Assembly: GCA_963732375.1 (NCBI GenBank)
Contig: CAVSZE010000008.1
Location: forward strand, 3,940 to 67,939
Direction: 5' to 3'
Source: an uncultured Gammaproteobacteria bacterium
GTDB lineage: Bacteria; Pseudomonadota; Gammaproteobacteria; Steroidobacterales; Steroidobacteraceae
Length of the DNA: 64,000 bases
The translations under genes were made by a program, and so were the position numbers. Shown here piece after piece: positions 39,001 to 47,109 of this stretch (position 1 is its first letter; every line of letters begins with the position of its first letter). The notes below the pieces were generated by a model. The model did no database searches. It worked only from the letters and a program-made list of their open reading frames with translations, and was not told the DNA's origin.

Positions 39001-41533
39001 GCGCCGGCAACACGATGGTCGCCAGGATGAAGACCGTCCAGAGGAGGGCCGCGTGCAGCGGCAACGTCCAGCCGGCGATGAGCGCGAGGAATCCCGCCGG
39101 CGCCGAGAGTGTTCGCCGCAGGTTGTCCAGGATCTTCCAGCGGCCGATGACCGACAGGGAGCTGCGAGGCCGGTCCGTCGTGGCGGCGTCGCGTCGTCCG
39201 AGCAGCCACGGCAGCAACTGCCAGTCGCCGCGCGCCCATCGATGCTGGCGCGCCGCGCCGACGTCGTAGCGCGCGGGAAATTCCTCGACGACCTCGATGT
39301 CGGAGACCAGTCCGGACCGGGCGAAGATTCCCTCGAACAGGTCGTGGCTCAGCAGGGTTCCATCGGCAACCCGACCTGCGAGCGCTGCCTCGAATGCGTC
39401 GACATCGTAAATGCCCTTCCCGGCATAGGAGCCTTCGCCGAACAGGTCCTGGTACACGTCGGAGACAGCCGCTGCATATGGGTCGAGCCCGGGCGTGCTC
39501 GAGACGATGCGCTGGAATAGCGACCCTTCCCGGCCGGTGGGCAGCGACGGCGTGACCCGAGGTTGCAGCACGACATAGCCATCGAGCACGCGGCCGGATT
39601 CGGCGTCGTACAGGGATCGGTTGAGAGGGTGAGACAGCTTGCCGATCAGCCGTCGGGCTGTCTCGCGAGGCAGCCTCGTGTCGGCGTCCAGCGTGATGAC
39701 ATTGCGGATCCCGGTCGGGACGGCGGAAACCGATCCGCCCGCATCGACGAAGGTCGTGTCCCCGGCGCCGCGCAGCAGTCGATTCAGCTCATGAAGCTTG
39801 CCCCGCTTGCGCTCCCATCCCATCCACCGGCGCTGGACATCGCTCCATACCCGCCGACGGTGAAGGAGAAAGAATCGGTCGCCTGCCGGGGCCGGTCCGT
39901 ACCTGCGATTCAGCCGTGCGATGCCCTGGGCCGCAACCGAGAGCAGCGCCTCGTCGCCGTCCGCCTGCTCGGACGCTGCATCTACCCAGTCCGACAGCAG
40001 CGCGAAATAAATCTCGCCCTCGGGCGACGAGAGATAGTGAATCTCGAGTCTCTCGATCTGCTCTTCGATCGATTCGGGCGTCGTGAGCAGCGTGGGCACG
40101 ACGAGCAGCGAGCGAAACTGCGCGGGCACGCCTTCCCGTAGTGCGAGGCCTGGCAGTATCGTCGCGTGGACGGCCGTGGTCACCACTCGGTTGACGAAAG
40201 CGACCGACGCGTCCAGCGCGGGAAACAGGCCAAGCACGCCGAGCAGGACCAGTCGCCAGCCGCCGACGTCGTGGGCGGCGAGTTCGAGCAGCGCAATGGC
40301 CAGCGCGGTGGCGGCGAACAGGACGATGGCCGAGCCATAGGGACCCGCACCGCGTCGCTTGATCCACTTTCCCGGCGCGCGCCAGAAAGGCGTTTGATAA
40401 CCGATCGCGAGTTCGAATGCCCATCGCCCCCGGCCGACCAGGTGGTATCCGGGATCGCGCATGTGATCCGTGCCGCCGCCCGTGGGAGCTGCGGCGGCCA
40501 GCGCCGCGCCGGCGATCTCGATCTCGGTGAGCCACGAGCCGCGTGAGAGTTCCTCGATCGCGCTGCGGTAGAGATTGCGCGTCGCAAAGTCCATCTGTGC
40601 AAAGTCACTGCCGTCCCGCAGTGCTTCATCGACGAGGCTGGCGCTCTCGAAGAACTCCGACCACTCCAGCTCTGAGATCAGCCGCATGCTGGTGATGATG
40701 TTGCGGACGGTCACGTTTGAGCTGCCCTGCCGCAGGTGCTCGGCGTAAACGGCCGCCTCGACCGTGGTTCCCTGCGCCGCGAGCCGCCCCTCCAGCCACT
40801 TGAATGCCGGTGTCACTCTCGGGTCCTGGTCGCGCAGCCGCTGCACTAGTTCGACCACAAAGGCTGCGGGAAGGGGCGCGCCGCCACCGTAGGCCCCGAT
40901 CAGCGCGTCGGGTTCGGGGGGGCGGCCGTGGACACCCAGAAGGCGGTCAGAAATGTCACCCGCTGCCTCGCGCGCAGTGCGGTTGTCGACGATGCGCTGC
41001 ACCGCACGACGCAGGTTCTCCACGAGCACGATGCGCAGCGTGATCGCTACCGCCCAGAGTTCGCCGATGGTCAGCGGCTGGACGGTCTGGTACGCGCCCA
41101 CGAACCGCAGCAGCGAGTCCGGGTCGAAGTGGCTGTCGGTGTGGGCGACGAACGCCCATGCGATGCCGAAGACGCGCGGATATCCCACGAGCGGCCCTTG
41201 CGCCAGTTTCGGCAGCAGCCGGTAGAAGCCCGGCGGAAGGTCCTCACGGATTTCCCGGATCTGCGCCTCGACGAGATGGTAGTTGTCGAGCAGCCATTCG
41301 GCGGCAGGAGTGATCGCACGGCCTTCCCCCGCCGCCTTCGCTATTGCGCGATAGGCACCGAGCAGCATGGCCTCATTGTCGCTGAGCCTGACCCCGAGTG
41401 GAGGGCGACGCGGCGGCCTCGCCGTCACCGTCTGGGCGACAGCGAGGCTGATAGCGTGCTGCTCCAGGCGCTCGATGCTGAAGAGCTCTTCGCGCAGGAT
41501 TTCGTCGTTGTCCCAAGGGGACTCGCGTGGCAC
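33005..41533 (-). CDS. ndvB: Cyclic beta-1,2-glucan synthase (NdvB/ChvB/Cgs type)
   Basis: Single 2842-aa ORF. Layout is an N-terminal TM/GT84-like region, a central region, and a C-terminal GH94-type glucan phosphorylase domain. Size and layout match Cgs/NdvB. Confidence 0.85.
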   Translation of the reverse strand: MPRESPWDNDEILREELFSIERLEQHAISLAVAQTVTARPPRRPPLGVRLSDNEAMLLGAYRAIAKAAGEGRAITPAAEWLLDNYHLVEAQIREIREDLPPGFYRLLPKLAQGPLVGYPRVFGIAWAFVAHTDSHFDPDSLLRFVGAYQTVQPLTIGELWAVAITLRIVLVENLRRAVQRIVDNRTAREAAGDISDRLLGVHGRPPEPDALIGAYGGGAPLPAAFVVELVQRLRDQDPRVTPAFKWLEGRLAAQGTTVEAAVYAEHLRQGSSNVTVRNIITSMRLISELEWSEFFESASLVDEALRDGSDFAQMDFATRNLYRSAIEELSRGSWLTEIEIAGAALAAAAPTGGGTDHMRDPGYHLVGRGRWAFELAIGYQTPFWRAPGKWIKRRGAGPYGSAIVLFAATALAIALLELAAHDVGGWRLVLLGVLGLFPALDASVAFVNRVVTTAVHATILPGLALREGVPAQFRSLLVVPTLLTTPESIEEQIERLEIHYLSSPEGEIYFALLSDWVDAASEQADGDEALLSVAAQGIARLNRRYGPAPAGDRFFLLHRRRVWSDVQRRWMGWERKRGKLHELNRLLRGAGDTTFVDAGGSVSAVPTGIRNVITLDADTRLPRETARRLIGKLSHPLNRSLYDAESGRVLDGYVVLQPRVTPSLPTGREGSLFQRIVSSTPGLDPYAAAVSDVYQDLFGEGSYAGKGIYDVDAFEAALAGRVADGTLLSHDLFEGIFARSGLVSDIEVVEEFPARYDVGAARQHRWARGDWQLLPWLLGRRDAATTDRPRSSLSVIGRWKILDNLRRTLSAPAGFLALIAGWTLPLHAALLWTVFILATIVLPALLPVAAEIVPRRTGISARSHTRALGKDLWLAARQTAFQVTFLPHQAWLMADAIGRTLYRLFVSHRDLLEWVTAAQASLSERPDIAGFYRTMAGGVAATVAAALAAYFVGSGAAWIAVPFALLWIASPAIALWISRAPSADKEFPVGVADAHALRLIARRTWRYFETFVTTADNQLPPDNFQEDPNPVVAHRTSPTNIGLYLLAAVSSRDLGWAGTIDTLERLEATFAVLDRLQRFRGHFYNWYDTGDLRPLEPRYVSTVDSGNLAAHLVTVANAARDWMTQPVAHRIAAVGVRDSLLLLRDAKRALPAGPSDQRIDWPGFEERIEAIDVGLRSIDVSDAGLADKLQALTGHAVQLVAIIRPIAPRGSDEGCGDLLFWSEAMLRSIQGWRRDFMQTQGAARILARRLEELETTARNLAAAMEFGFLVDPQRRLLSIGYRAVDGTLDPSCYDLLASEARLASFFAIAKGDVATRHWFRLGRPVTAIRHGAALISWSGSMFEYLMPSLVMRAPAGSLLAQTNHLIVKRQVDYGDTLGIPWGVSESAYNARDLELTYQYSNFGVPGLGLKRGLSEHAVVAPYATALAAMVDPARAAANLARLASIGALGRYGYYEALDYTRSRLRDGAEFAIVRAYMAHHQGMTVVAIANVLLGGIMRDRFHAEPQVQATELLLQERTPRDVSVAHPRAEEVQTAARIGDLPFPKVRRLYSALDGTPQAHLLSNGRYSVMLTAAGSGYSRWRGLGITRWREDPSRDDSGSYLFLRDVESGRVWSAGHQPCGTEPDRYVACFSEDRAEIARTEQGIATLLEVVVSPEDDAEVRRLSITNSGNRVRDIEVTSYCELVLAPPAADAAHQAFSKLFVQTEYVARLGAILAMRRPRSPDEPRVWAGHQAIVEGEALGPVEIETDRARFLGRGREIRDAIALADDRRLSNTVGTVLDPVFALRCRLRVPAGATARIAFWTVAARTRQQALDLLEKHHDANAFVRASTLAWTQAQVQLRHLGITSTEAGLFQRLAGHVLFANASLRPSSDAIRRGSCGPAALWGQGISGDLPIVLLRIDDIDDLAIARQLLQAHEYWRMKQLAVDLVILNERASSYIQDLQVALEALHRTSRSRGQIVADDARGSVFILRTDLIPAATRAALFSVARVVLAAQRGSLSDQLDRARTPVVQRRTRAPRRAPPAEYLVAGPAPDELEFFNGLGGFAAHGTEYVALLAPGQSTPAPWINVVANPAFGFQVAAEGSGFTWSQNSRENQITPWSNDPVTDRPGEAIYLRDEDTGEVWGPTAAPIHDRAAFYSARHGQGYSRFEHESRGVALDLLMYVPLEDPIKISRLTIRNTSARTRLLSVTAYVEWVLGSSRSDAAPFIDTEMDARTGAMFAQNPYNSGFGTRVAFADLAGRQTQWTGNRREFLGPHGTLADPAAMRGTNPLSQQTGAGFDPCGALRAHIRLAPGDTTEVVVLLGQAADTAGAQALIERYRAADLGAVFRDVGAYWDKTLGIVQVNTPVRSMDVMLNRWMLYQSLACRMWARSAFYQASGAYGFRDQLQDAMALAVSQPAVAREHLLRAAGRQFTEGDVQHWWLPATGQGVRTRISDDRAWLAHAVQGYVATTGDVAVLDAIVPFIEGQALRPGEHDSYFQPSIADESASLYEHCARALDQSLAVGAHGLPLIGTGDWNDGMNRVGEAGRGESTWLGWFLYATLDAFAPLAQARGEESRAARWLAHAAALGESLDNQAWDGDWYRRGYFDDGTPLGSASSDECQIDSIAQSWSVISGAANPERAARAMAEADRLLIQRDAGLALLFTPPFDQSTVDPGYVRGYPPGIRENGGQYTHAAAWSVIAFAELGQAGRAMDLFSMLNPVNRTLTRADVHRYKVEPYVVAADVYSVAPHVGRGGWTWYTGSAGWMYRAGLEWILGFRLQGGFLHLAPCIPDDWPGFEIIFRHHDTTYTIVVENPQRISQGIAHAELDGQTLVEGPVVIALVNDGRAHHVRLVLGMTRS

Positions 41534-41686
41534 GGGAAATGGACCTCGGGGGTGGTGAATGCCCCCGTCGCGGTCGCGGAGTAGATTATTCTGCAGTCTT
41601 CGGCGAGCGTTGGATGTTCGCTGCCGTACAGACTCAACTCGTCCGCAGCGTAGCGTTATCCACTTGGCCCGGACGCGATGCAGTCA

Positions 41687-41714
41687 GGCCGCGGGCGATA
41701 CACTGCCCGCGGCC
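41687..41714 (-). terminator. GC-rich hairpin immediately downstream of the double-BON gene
   Basis: Perfect 10-bp stem GGCCGCGGGC / GCCCGCGGCC with an 8-nt loop. No clear U-tract. Confidence 0.4.
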
Positions 41715-41723
41715 GCTACGGCA

Positions 41724-42275
41724 TTACTTCTGCCGGATCTCGAGGTCGTTGCGTACGTCTTTGACGCCGTCTACCGAGCGCGCAACTTCGCCGGCCCGTG
41801 TCTTCATGGCCGTTGAATCGACGAATCCGGTCAGTTGCACCACGCCCTTCTGCGTTTCGACGCTGATCTGGTACGACTTCGTCGTCGGATCGTCCATGAA
41901 CTTCGCCTTGACCGAGGCCGTCACCATGCTGTCATCGACGTCCTGGCCGGCCGTCGCATGCGGCTTCGTGCTGATGCGAAGATCGTTGCGAACCTCCTTG
42001 ACGCCCGTGACCGAGCGCGCCACCTTCGTGGCCTGCTGCTTCTGCTGTGTGTTGTCGACAAAGCCGCCGAGCTGCACGACGCCTCGGTACGTCTCGACGT
42101 GGATCTGGCCGGCCTTGGTGACCGGATCATCGACCAGGGCGACCTTCACCTTGGAGGTCAGTACGCTGTCGTCGAAGACCTCTCCGGCCGACTCCTGTGT
42201 ACGTGTGGCGGAACAGGCGCTGACCACGGCCAGCACTCCCAGGATTGCGGTAAGTTTCAGAAATCCGGTTTTCAT
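41724..42275 (-). CDS. Double BON-domain lipoprotein (OsmY-like)
   Basis: Lipobox VVSAC. Two BON repeats (DDSVLTSKVKVALV...VQLGGFVDNTQQKQQATKVARSVTGVKEV and DDSMVTASVKAKFM...VQLTGFVDSTAMKTRAGEVARSVDGVKDV). Confidence 0.85.
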   Translation of the reverse strand: MKTGFLKLTAILGVLAVVSACSATRTQESAGEVFDDSVLTSKVKVALVDDPVTKAGQIHVETYRGVVQLGGFVDNTQQKQQATKVARSVTGVKEVRNDLRISTKPHATAGQDVDDSMVTASVKAKFMDDPTTKSYQISVETQKGVVQLTGFVDSTAMKTRAGEVARSVDGVKDVRNDLEIRQK

Positions 42276-42554
42276 ATGTGTTTCCTATCGTGTTGCCGAT
42301 CTCATCGTTGTCCGCTCCGCGGTGCAGGCCGAAAAGCGAACGTTGTACATAGCTGCTGGCCTCGGACGCGCTTCTGGTCGCCGTATGATTTCGAGTCTAA
42401 ACATAGGCAAGAATGCCGCGCTCCCAGATCGCATCGGCCATGGCAGGCCTTCGCCTTCGGATACAGGCTAGACGTCCATCTCCGGCCGGTCTGTTACCTA
42501 CCGTACAGATCGCAAAGACCTGCTGGTCAGGTGTTCTTGACCGTAATGTCCATA

Positions 42555-42582
42555 GCGCCGGCCCGGATAGCCGGGCCGGCGC
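42555..42582 (-). terminator. GC-rich hairpin downstream of the PRC-barrel gene
   Basis: Perfect 12-bp stem GCGCCGGCCCGG / CCGGGCCGGCGC with loop ATAG. Confidence 0.4.
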
Positions 42583-42640
42583 ACGCATCAAAACGATCAT
42601 CGGGATGAGTCCGGCGGCAACCGCCGGACTCACACAGTAA

Positions 42641-43102
42641 CTACGCGTTCAACTTGCCCACGTAGGGCTTCGTCCCATAGTAGGCATGGATGCTCTCGGC
42701 CCACGCGGCGTCTGCCATGTTGGGCCACTTGTCCTTGTCGAATCCCGGGGCGCGGGACAGCCGGTCCCTTTCGACGTCCAGCACGAAGCGCTTGTTCTCG
42801 GTGTCGAGCGTCAGCGCGCGCCAGGGCACTGCGAAGAGCTTCCCGCCCATGCCGAGAAACCCACCGAAGGACAACACGGCGTAGGCCACGTGGCCGCTGC
42901 GCATGTCCAGCATGATTTCCTTGATGTCACCCAGGTCTTCATCCTGCTTGTTGAATACATCGCTGCCGATCAGGGTCTCGGCGCCCATCAGTTCCGGGCC
43001 GGGCCCGTGCCGCATGTCGGGCCCCGCCATGACATTCGTCTTGTAGATACCGTAGGTATCGCGTTCCATATAGTTCATGTTCATCTCCATTCGAGAGCGC
43101 AT
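42641..43102 (-). CDS. PRC-barrel domain protein
   Basis: LIGSDVFNKQDEDLGDIKEIMLDMRSGHVAYAVLSFGGFLGMGGKLFAVPW is typical PRC-barrel text. Several in-frame ATGs lie between 43069 and 43102, so the true start is uncertain. Confidence 0.75.
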   Translation of the reverse strand: MRSRMEMNMNYMERDTYGIYKTNVMAGPDMRHGPGPELMGAETLIGSDVFNKQDEDLGDIKEIMLDMRSGHVAYAVLSFGGFLGMGGKLFAVPWRALTLDTENKRFVLDVERDRLSRAPGFDKDKWPNMADAAWAESIHAYYGTKPYVGKLNA

Positions 43103-43269
43103 CGGGTGCGCGACAGCAGCGCCTCACCCGAAGGCTGACGCTGCAGGGCCACTGTAGGCCGATGAAAGGTCGCGGTCTGTTCGGCAACACACGCCGCGGC
43201 GACGAGCGGGGGGATGGCTGGCGATGACCGGGACGGTGGTTGCCAGGTCGCCCGGGCGCCTCGATCGTG

Positions 43270-44022
43270 TCAGTTCGCGAGGCCTGCTAGGAGTTGATGG
43301 ATTCGGTCCGTCTCCTTCTTGACCACCGCGTAGCACTCGCAGCACAGCCGTTCAAGTCCCGGCCGGTCCAGCACGGTGATCTTTCCGCGCGTGTACTCGA
43401 TCACCCCGAGCTTCTGCAGCTTTCCAGCAGCCTCGGTGACGCCTTCGCGGCGGACGCCGAGCATGTTGGCGATGAGTTCCTGGGTCATGACCAGCTGGTT
43501 ACTGTCCAGGCGATCAAGAGACAGCAGCAGCCAGCGGCAAAGCTGCTTGTCCACCGAGTGATGGCGGTTGCACACCGCGGTCTGCGCCATCTGCGTCAGC
43601 AGCGCCTGTGTGTAGCGCAGCAGCAGCAACTGCATCTCGCCGTTGCGATGGAACTCGTCCTTCAACCTCGGCCCGATCAGGCGGAAGGCATGCCCCGCAC
43701 TCTGCACGATGGCGCGACTCGGAGTGGTTTCGCCGCCCATGAACAGGGCGATGCCGATCAGGCCCTCGTTGCCCACCACGGAAATCTCCGCCGATGCGCC
43801 GTCCTCCAGCACATACAGCAGGGACACGATCGAGTTCACCGGGAAATAGACGTGCCGGAGCCTGTCGCCGGGCTCGTACAGCACCTTGCCGAGCGGCATA
43901 GGTACGAGTTTCAGGTAAGGGTAGATGCGCTCGCGCGCCTCGGTGGACAGCGCGGCCAGCAACTGGTTCCTCCCGGGCGATGGCACCGGGGACGTGGGCC
44001 TCTTGCGGGGGGGGGGCTGCAT
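43270..44022 (-). CDS. Crp/Fnr-family transcriptional regulator, paralog 2
   Basis: ATG at 44022 after GGAGGA. Roughly two-thirds identical by eye to paralog 1, including CNRHHSVDKQLCRWLL, the HTH and LERLCCECY. Confidence 0.85.
   Translation of the reverse strand: MQPPPRKRPTSPVPSPGRNQLLAALSTEARERIYPYLKLVPMPLGKVLYEPGDRLRHVYFPVNSIVSLLYVLEDGASAEISVVGNEGLIGIALFMGGETTPSRAIVQSAGHAFRLIGPRLKDEFHRNGEMQLLLLRYTQALLTQMAQTAVCNRHHSVDKQLCRWLLLSLDRLDSNQLVMTQELIANMLGVRREGVTEAAGKLQKLGVIEYTRGKITVLDRPGLERLCCECYAVVKKETDRIHQLLAGLAN
44007..44016. repeat. 10-nt G/C homopolymer within codons 3-6 of Crp paralog 2
   Basis: Forward strand gcGGGGGGGGGGctgcat. The coding strand reads ATG CAG CCC CCC CCC CGC. Confidence 0.95.
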
Positions 44023-44213
44023 GGTTGTCCTCCACATCGACCTCAAGCGCCGGGCCGGCGCAGGTCGTCCCGGCGTCTGCCGGTCGACGTTTATCGTGCG
44101 CCGATTCAGCCGGTGCGACAACAGGCATCTGTGCGCAGGCGTACAGACCAGGTGACGCCGTACGCGCAGCGTTCGCATCAAGCGACTCTCGGGGCAGATT
44201 ATTGATCAACGGC

Positions 44214-45830
44214 ATGAATTGGCCAGGCGGCGCGCGTTTTCGCCTTCTCCTGTTGCTCGTGGCAGTGGCTGCCGGCGGCTGTGCGGGGCTGCCGCCCGGG
44301 GCCGACTTCCCGCGGAAGCCGTCCACGGCGCTCGCGAATACGGACGAAACCCCCATTGGCGCACTGTTCGCGAGGCAGTCCGTCGAGCACGGCGGAAACT
44401 CGGGGTTCCGCATCATGTCGGTCGGCGTGGACGGGTTCCTGGTCCGCGTGCAGATGATCGCTGCCGCGAAGAGTACCCTGGACCTGCAGTACTACATCTT
44501 CCGCGGCGACGAAACCGGACGGCTGCTGACCGAGGCGCTGCTGCGGGCGGCAGATCGCGGCGTGCGCGTGCGAGTGCTGGTGGACGACGGGGCAACGATC
44601 GCCGGGGACGAGCAGCTCATTGAGCTCGACAGCCACCCATCGATCGAGATCCGGATATTCAATCCGTTCGCCTATCGTGGGCATGCCAACGCGCTGCGCG
44701 CCATTGAATTCATATTCAACGCAAGGCGACTCGACTATCGCATGCACAACAAGCTGCTGGTTGTCGATAACACGGCGGCGCTCATCGGCGGCCGCAACAT
44801 CGGCAACGAGTACTTCCAGATGGATCCCGAGTCGCAAGTGGCCGACGACGACGTGTTCGCCGCCGGTCCGGTCGCCGCCGAGCTCTCGGCGACTTTCGAC
44901 GAGTACTGGAACAGTGAGTTTGCGATCCCGGCCGAGGCGCTCGGCAGCAAGCACGGCGAGGCCCGGGAATTGAACGAACATCGAGAGAAGGAGAGTGGGG
45001 GCCCGAGAAAACAACTTGAGACGTTACCGACCCAGGGCATCGACTACGTCGCAAGGATTGCGACCGGCGAGCCGTATGCCGGGATGATCGCCGGGCGGCT
45101 GCCGCTTGTCTGGGCTCACGCGCAGGTCGTCTGCGACAGTCCCGACAAGAAGCACGTTGAAAATGGCGAACGCGCAGGCCGGCTGATGTCCCGTCCGGTG
45201 GCCAGGGCAGCCGGCGCGGTGCAGTCCGAGCTCCTTATGATAACGCCGTACTTCATCCCAGCGGACGAAGAGCTGCAGATCCTGAAGGACCTGCGTAGCC
45301 GCGGTGCACGTGTACGGATTCTTACCAACTCGCTCGAATCGTCGGACGAGCTCGCCGCGCAGTCCGGCTACCAGCGTTTTCGTGTTCCGCTGCTCGAGGA
45401 AGGCGTCGAGCTCTACGAGGTGCGATCGCTGCTCGGAAACACCCGGGGCAGCGGCCAGACGGCCGCCATTTCGAGATTCGGCAACTATTCGCTGCACGCC
45501 AAGATGTTCGTCTTCGACCGTCGGCAGCTGTTCGTCGGTTCGATGAACTTTGACCAGCGTTCGCACCGACTCAACACCGAGGTCGGCCTGATCATCGACA
45601 GTCCACAGCTTGCGCAGCAGACTGCGGTGCGCTTCGATGGCATGGTGCAACCGGCCAACTCCTACGTGCTGGGACTGGCACCGATCGGAGCCGGAGGACG
45701 GCCGCAACTGGTCTGGAATACACTCGAGGACGGAAAGCCGGTCGAATACACGCGCGAGCCCGCGCGCAGCGAATGGCAGCGTACGCAGGTGGAATTACTG
45801 TCGTTGCTGCCCATAGACGGGGAATTATGA
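44214..45830 (+). CDS. Phospholipase D-family lipoprotein (two HKD motifs)
   Basis: Lipobox AAGGC. HNKLLVVDNTAALIGGRNIGNEY and HAKMFVFDRRQLFVGSMNFDQRS. Confidence 0.85.
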   Translation: MNWPGGARFRLLLLLVAVAAGGCAGLPPGADFPRKPSTALANTDETPIGALFARQSVEHGGNSGFRIMSVGVDGFLVRVQMIAAAKSTLDLQYYIFRGDETGRLLTEALLRAADRGVRVRVLVDDGATIAGDEQLIELDSHPSIEIRIFNPFAYRGHANALRAIEFIFNARRLDYRMHNKLLVVDNTAALIGGRNIGNEYFQMDPESQVADDDVFAAGPVAAELSATFDEYWNSEFAIPAEALGSKHGEARELNEHREKESGGPRKQLETLPTQGIDYVARIATGEPYAGMIAGRLPLVWAHAQVVCDSPDKKHVENGERAGRLMSRPVARAAGAVQSELLMITPYFIPADEELQILKDLRSRGARVRILTNSLESSDELAAQSGYQRFRVPLLEEGVELYEVRSLLGNTRGSGQTAAISRFGNYSLHAKMFVFDRRQLFVGSMNFDQRSHRLNTEVGLIIDSPQLAQQTAVRFDGMVQPANSYVLGLAPIGAGGRPQLVWNTLEDGKPVEYTREPARSEWQRTQVELLSLLPIDGEL

Positions 45831-46234
45831 AACTCTGGATGAAGGCTGTACTCGTGCTGGGGCTGGGGCTGGCGCTCGCGCAGGGAGCGAATGCGGCACG
45901 ACCGACGCCGGTCGCTGTTGCCGAGATCAATTACCTGTTCGACTACATGGGGCAATCAGGCTGCGATTTCTACCGCAACGGCGTCTGGTACGACTCCGGA
46001 GCAGCCAAGGCTCACCTGCAATACAAGTACGACGCCTTCGCGAAACACGACCAGATTGGAACCGCGGAGGACTTCATCGACAAGGCTGCCACGAAGAGCA
46101 GCCTGAGTGGGCTAGCCTACAAGGTCCGCTGCGCCGGGGGAGCGGAGCTATCGAGCAACCAATGGCTGCGGGATGCACTCGCATCATATCGGTCGAAGCG
46201 CGCGTCCGGCGCGGCGGCCAAGCCTAGTTCATGA
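45827..46234 (+). CDS. DUF5329-family exported protein
   Basis: ATGA overlap with the PLD stop. Signal peptide. [23 protein letters not shown]...[17 protein letters not shown]...[10 protein letters not shown]. Confidence 0.65.
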   Translation: MKLWMKAVLVLGLGLALAQGANAARPTPVAVAEINYLFDYMGQSGCDFYRNGVWYDSGAAKAHLQYKYDAFAKHDQIGTAEDFIDKAATKSSLSGLAYKVRCAGGAELSSNQWLRDALASYRSKRASGAAAKPSS

Positions 46235-46931
46235 CCCTGTCGTAGGTATCGCAGTCCGCTTCGTAACACGAGCAGGCGGCGGCCTCGAGCCCTTTCGAGT
46301 CCACGATTGTCAGGTTGCCGCGCACGTAGCGGATCAGGCGACGCGCCTTCAGCAAGCCGGCGGCCTGCGTGACACTCGCGCGACGCACACCGAGCATGGT
46401 GGCGAGAAACTCGTGTGTGATGTGGAAGTTGCTGTCGTGCGCGCGGTCGCGTGTCATCAGCAGCCAGCGCGCAAGCCGCGCCTCGACCAGGTGGTAACGC
46501 GTGCACGCGGCGGTTCGCGCCAGCTGGCTAATCACCACGTACAGGTAGTGGTTCAGGACTTCCTGTAGCGCCGGGCTGTCGCGCAGCTCACGGCGGAAGA
46601 GCGCTGCATCCAAGCGCCACGCCGGGCCGGCTCCCTGGACCAGTGCGCGCAGCGGCGCCACACGGACGTCGAGCGCCAGCGAGGCTCCGAGCATGCCCTC
46701 GTCGCCGACGAGGCCGACCTCGAGGCAGGCGTGGTCGCCAATCGGCTCGATCAGTGAAATGAAACTTCCGGTCGGGAAGTAGACGTACCGGATGTTATCG
46801 CCTGGCGTGCAAAGCACTTCGTCCAGGACGAGATCGACCTGCTCGCAGCGCGCAAGAAGGCGCTTCCGGGCCCGGTCCGGAAATGAATCCAGCAGGCGAC
46901 CCGTCCCGGGAGTGCGTGGCAGCAATGTCAA
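46224..46931 (-). CDS. Crp/Fnr-family transcriptional regulator, paralog 3 (more divergent), TTG start
   Basis: TTG at 46931, 6 nt after [55 protein letters not shown]-terminal ACSCYEADC. Confidence 0.8.
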   Translation of the reverse strand: MTLLPRTPGTGRLLDSFPDRARKRLLARCEQVDLVLDEVLCTPGDNIRYVYFPTGSFISLIEPIGDHACLEVGLVGDEGMLGASLALDVRVAPLRALVQGAGPAWRLDAALFRRELRDSPALQEVLNHYLYVVISQLARTAACTRYHLVEARLARWLLMTRDRAHDSNFHITHEFLATMLGVRRASVTQAAGLLKARRLIRYVRGNLTIVDSKGLEAAACSCYEADCDTYDRVMN

Positions 46932-47109
46932 ATGAAGCCTCCTGTCCCTGGCTGGACCATGGGGTCGTGCCCGAAGTGTGCAGGGTGTTTCTGGTTATCT
47001 CTGTACGCTCGCGCACGTTCGCGGTGCGGATGCAGGCGGCCGCCGCGCCGGCTGGAATTCGTGGGTTGATTCAGCGGCCGGTCGGCGACTGATCCTCCAG
47101 GGCCCAGGC

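Noticed and set aside
33836-39520. Very long forward-strand ORFs (718, 399, 353 and 362 aa) inside the ndvB region
   Set aside because: They are antisense to the 2842-aa glucan synthase frame. Their translations are Arg/Ala/Gly/Pro-rich with no recognisable motifs and no RBS. This is the typical high-GC shadow-ORF artefact.
43294-44205. 303-aa forward ORF
   Set aside because: Antisense shadow of Crp/Fnr paralog 2. The reverse frame has clear cNMP-binding and HTH motifs.
22383-47022. Recurrent GTACG(C) ... CGT(T/A)(C/T)G-like elements upstream of several island genes (22383-22397, 23255-23270, 28644-28657, 32947-32984, 42336-42349 reverse, 44170-44186, 47003-47022)
   Set aside because: Spacing between the half-elements varies from 1 to 9 nt and orientation is inconsistent. 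From base composition alone a hexamer such as GTACGC is expected about 20 times per strand in 64 kb. I cannot show enrichment without a proper motif search, so this is not reported as a regulatory site.
46932-47087. 51-codon Cys-containing forward ORF ([19 protein letters not shown]...) upstream of Crp paralog 3
   Set aside because: Its ATG overlaps the complement of the paralog's AGGAGG RBS and TTG start. It has no RBS of its own, and the second half is Arg-rich junk.
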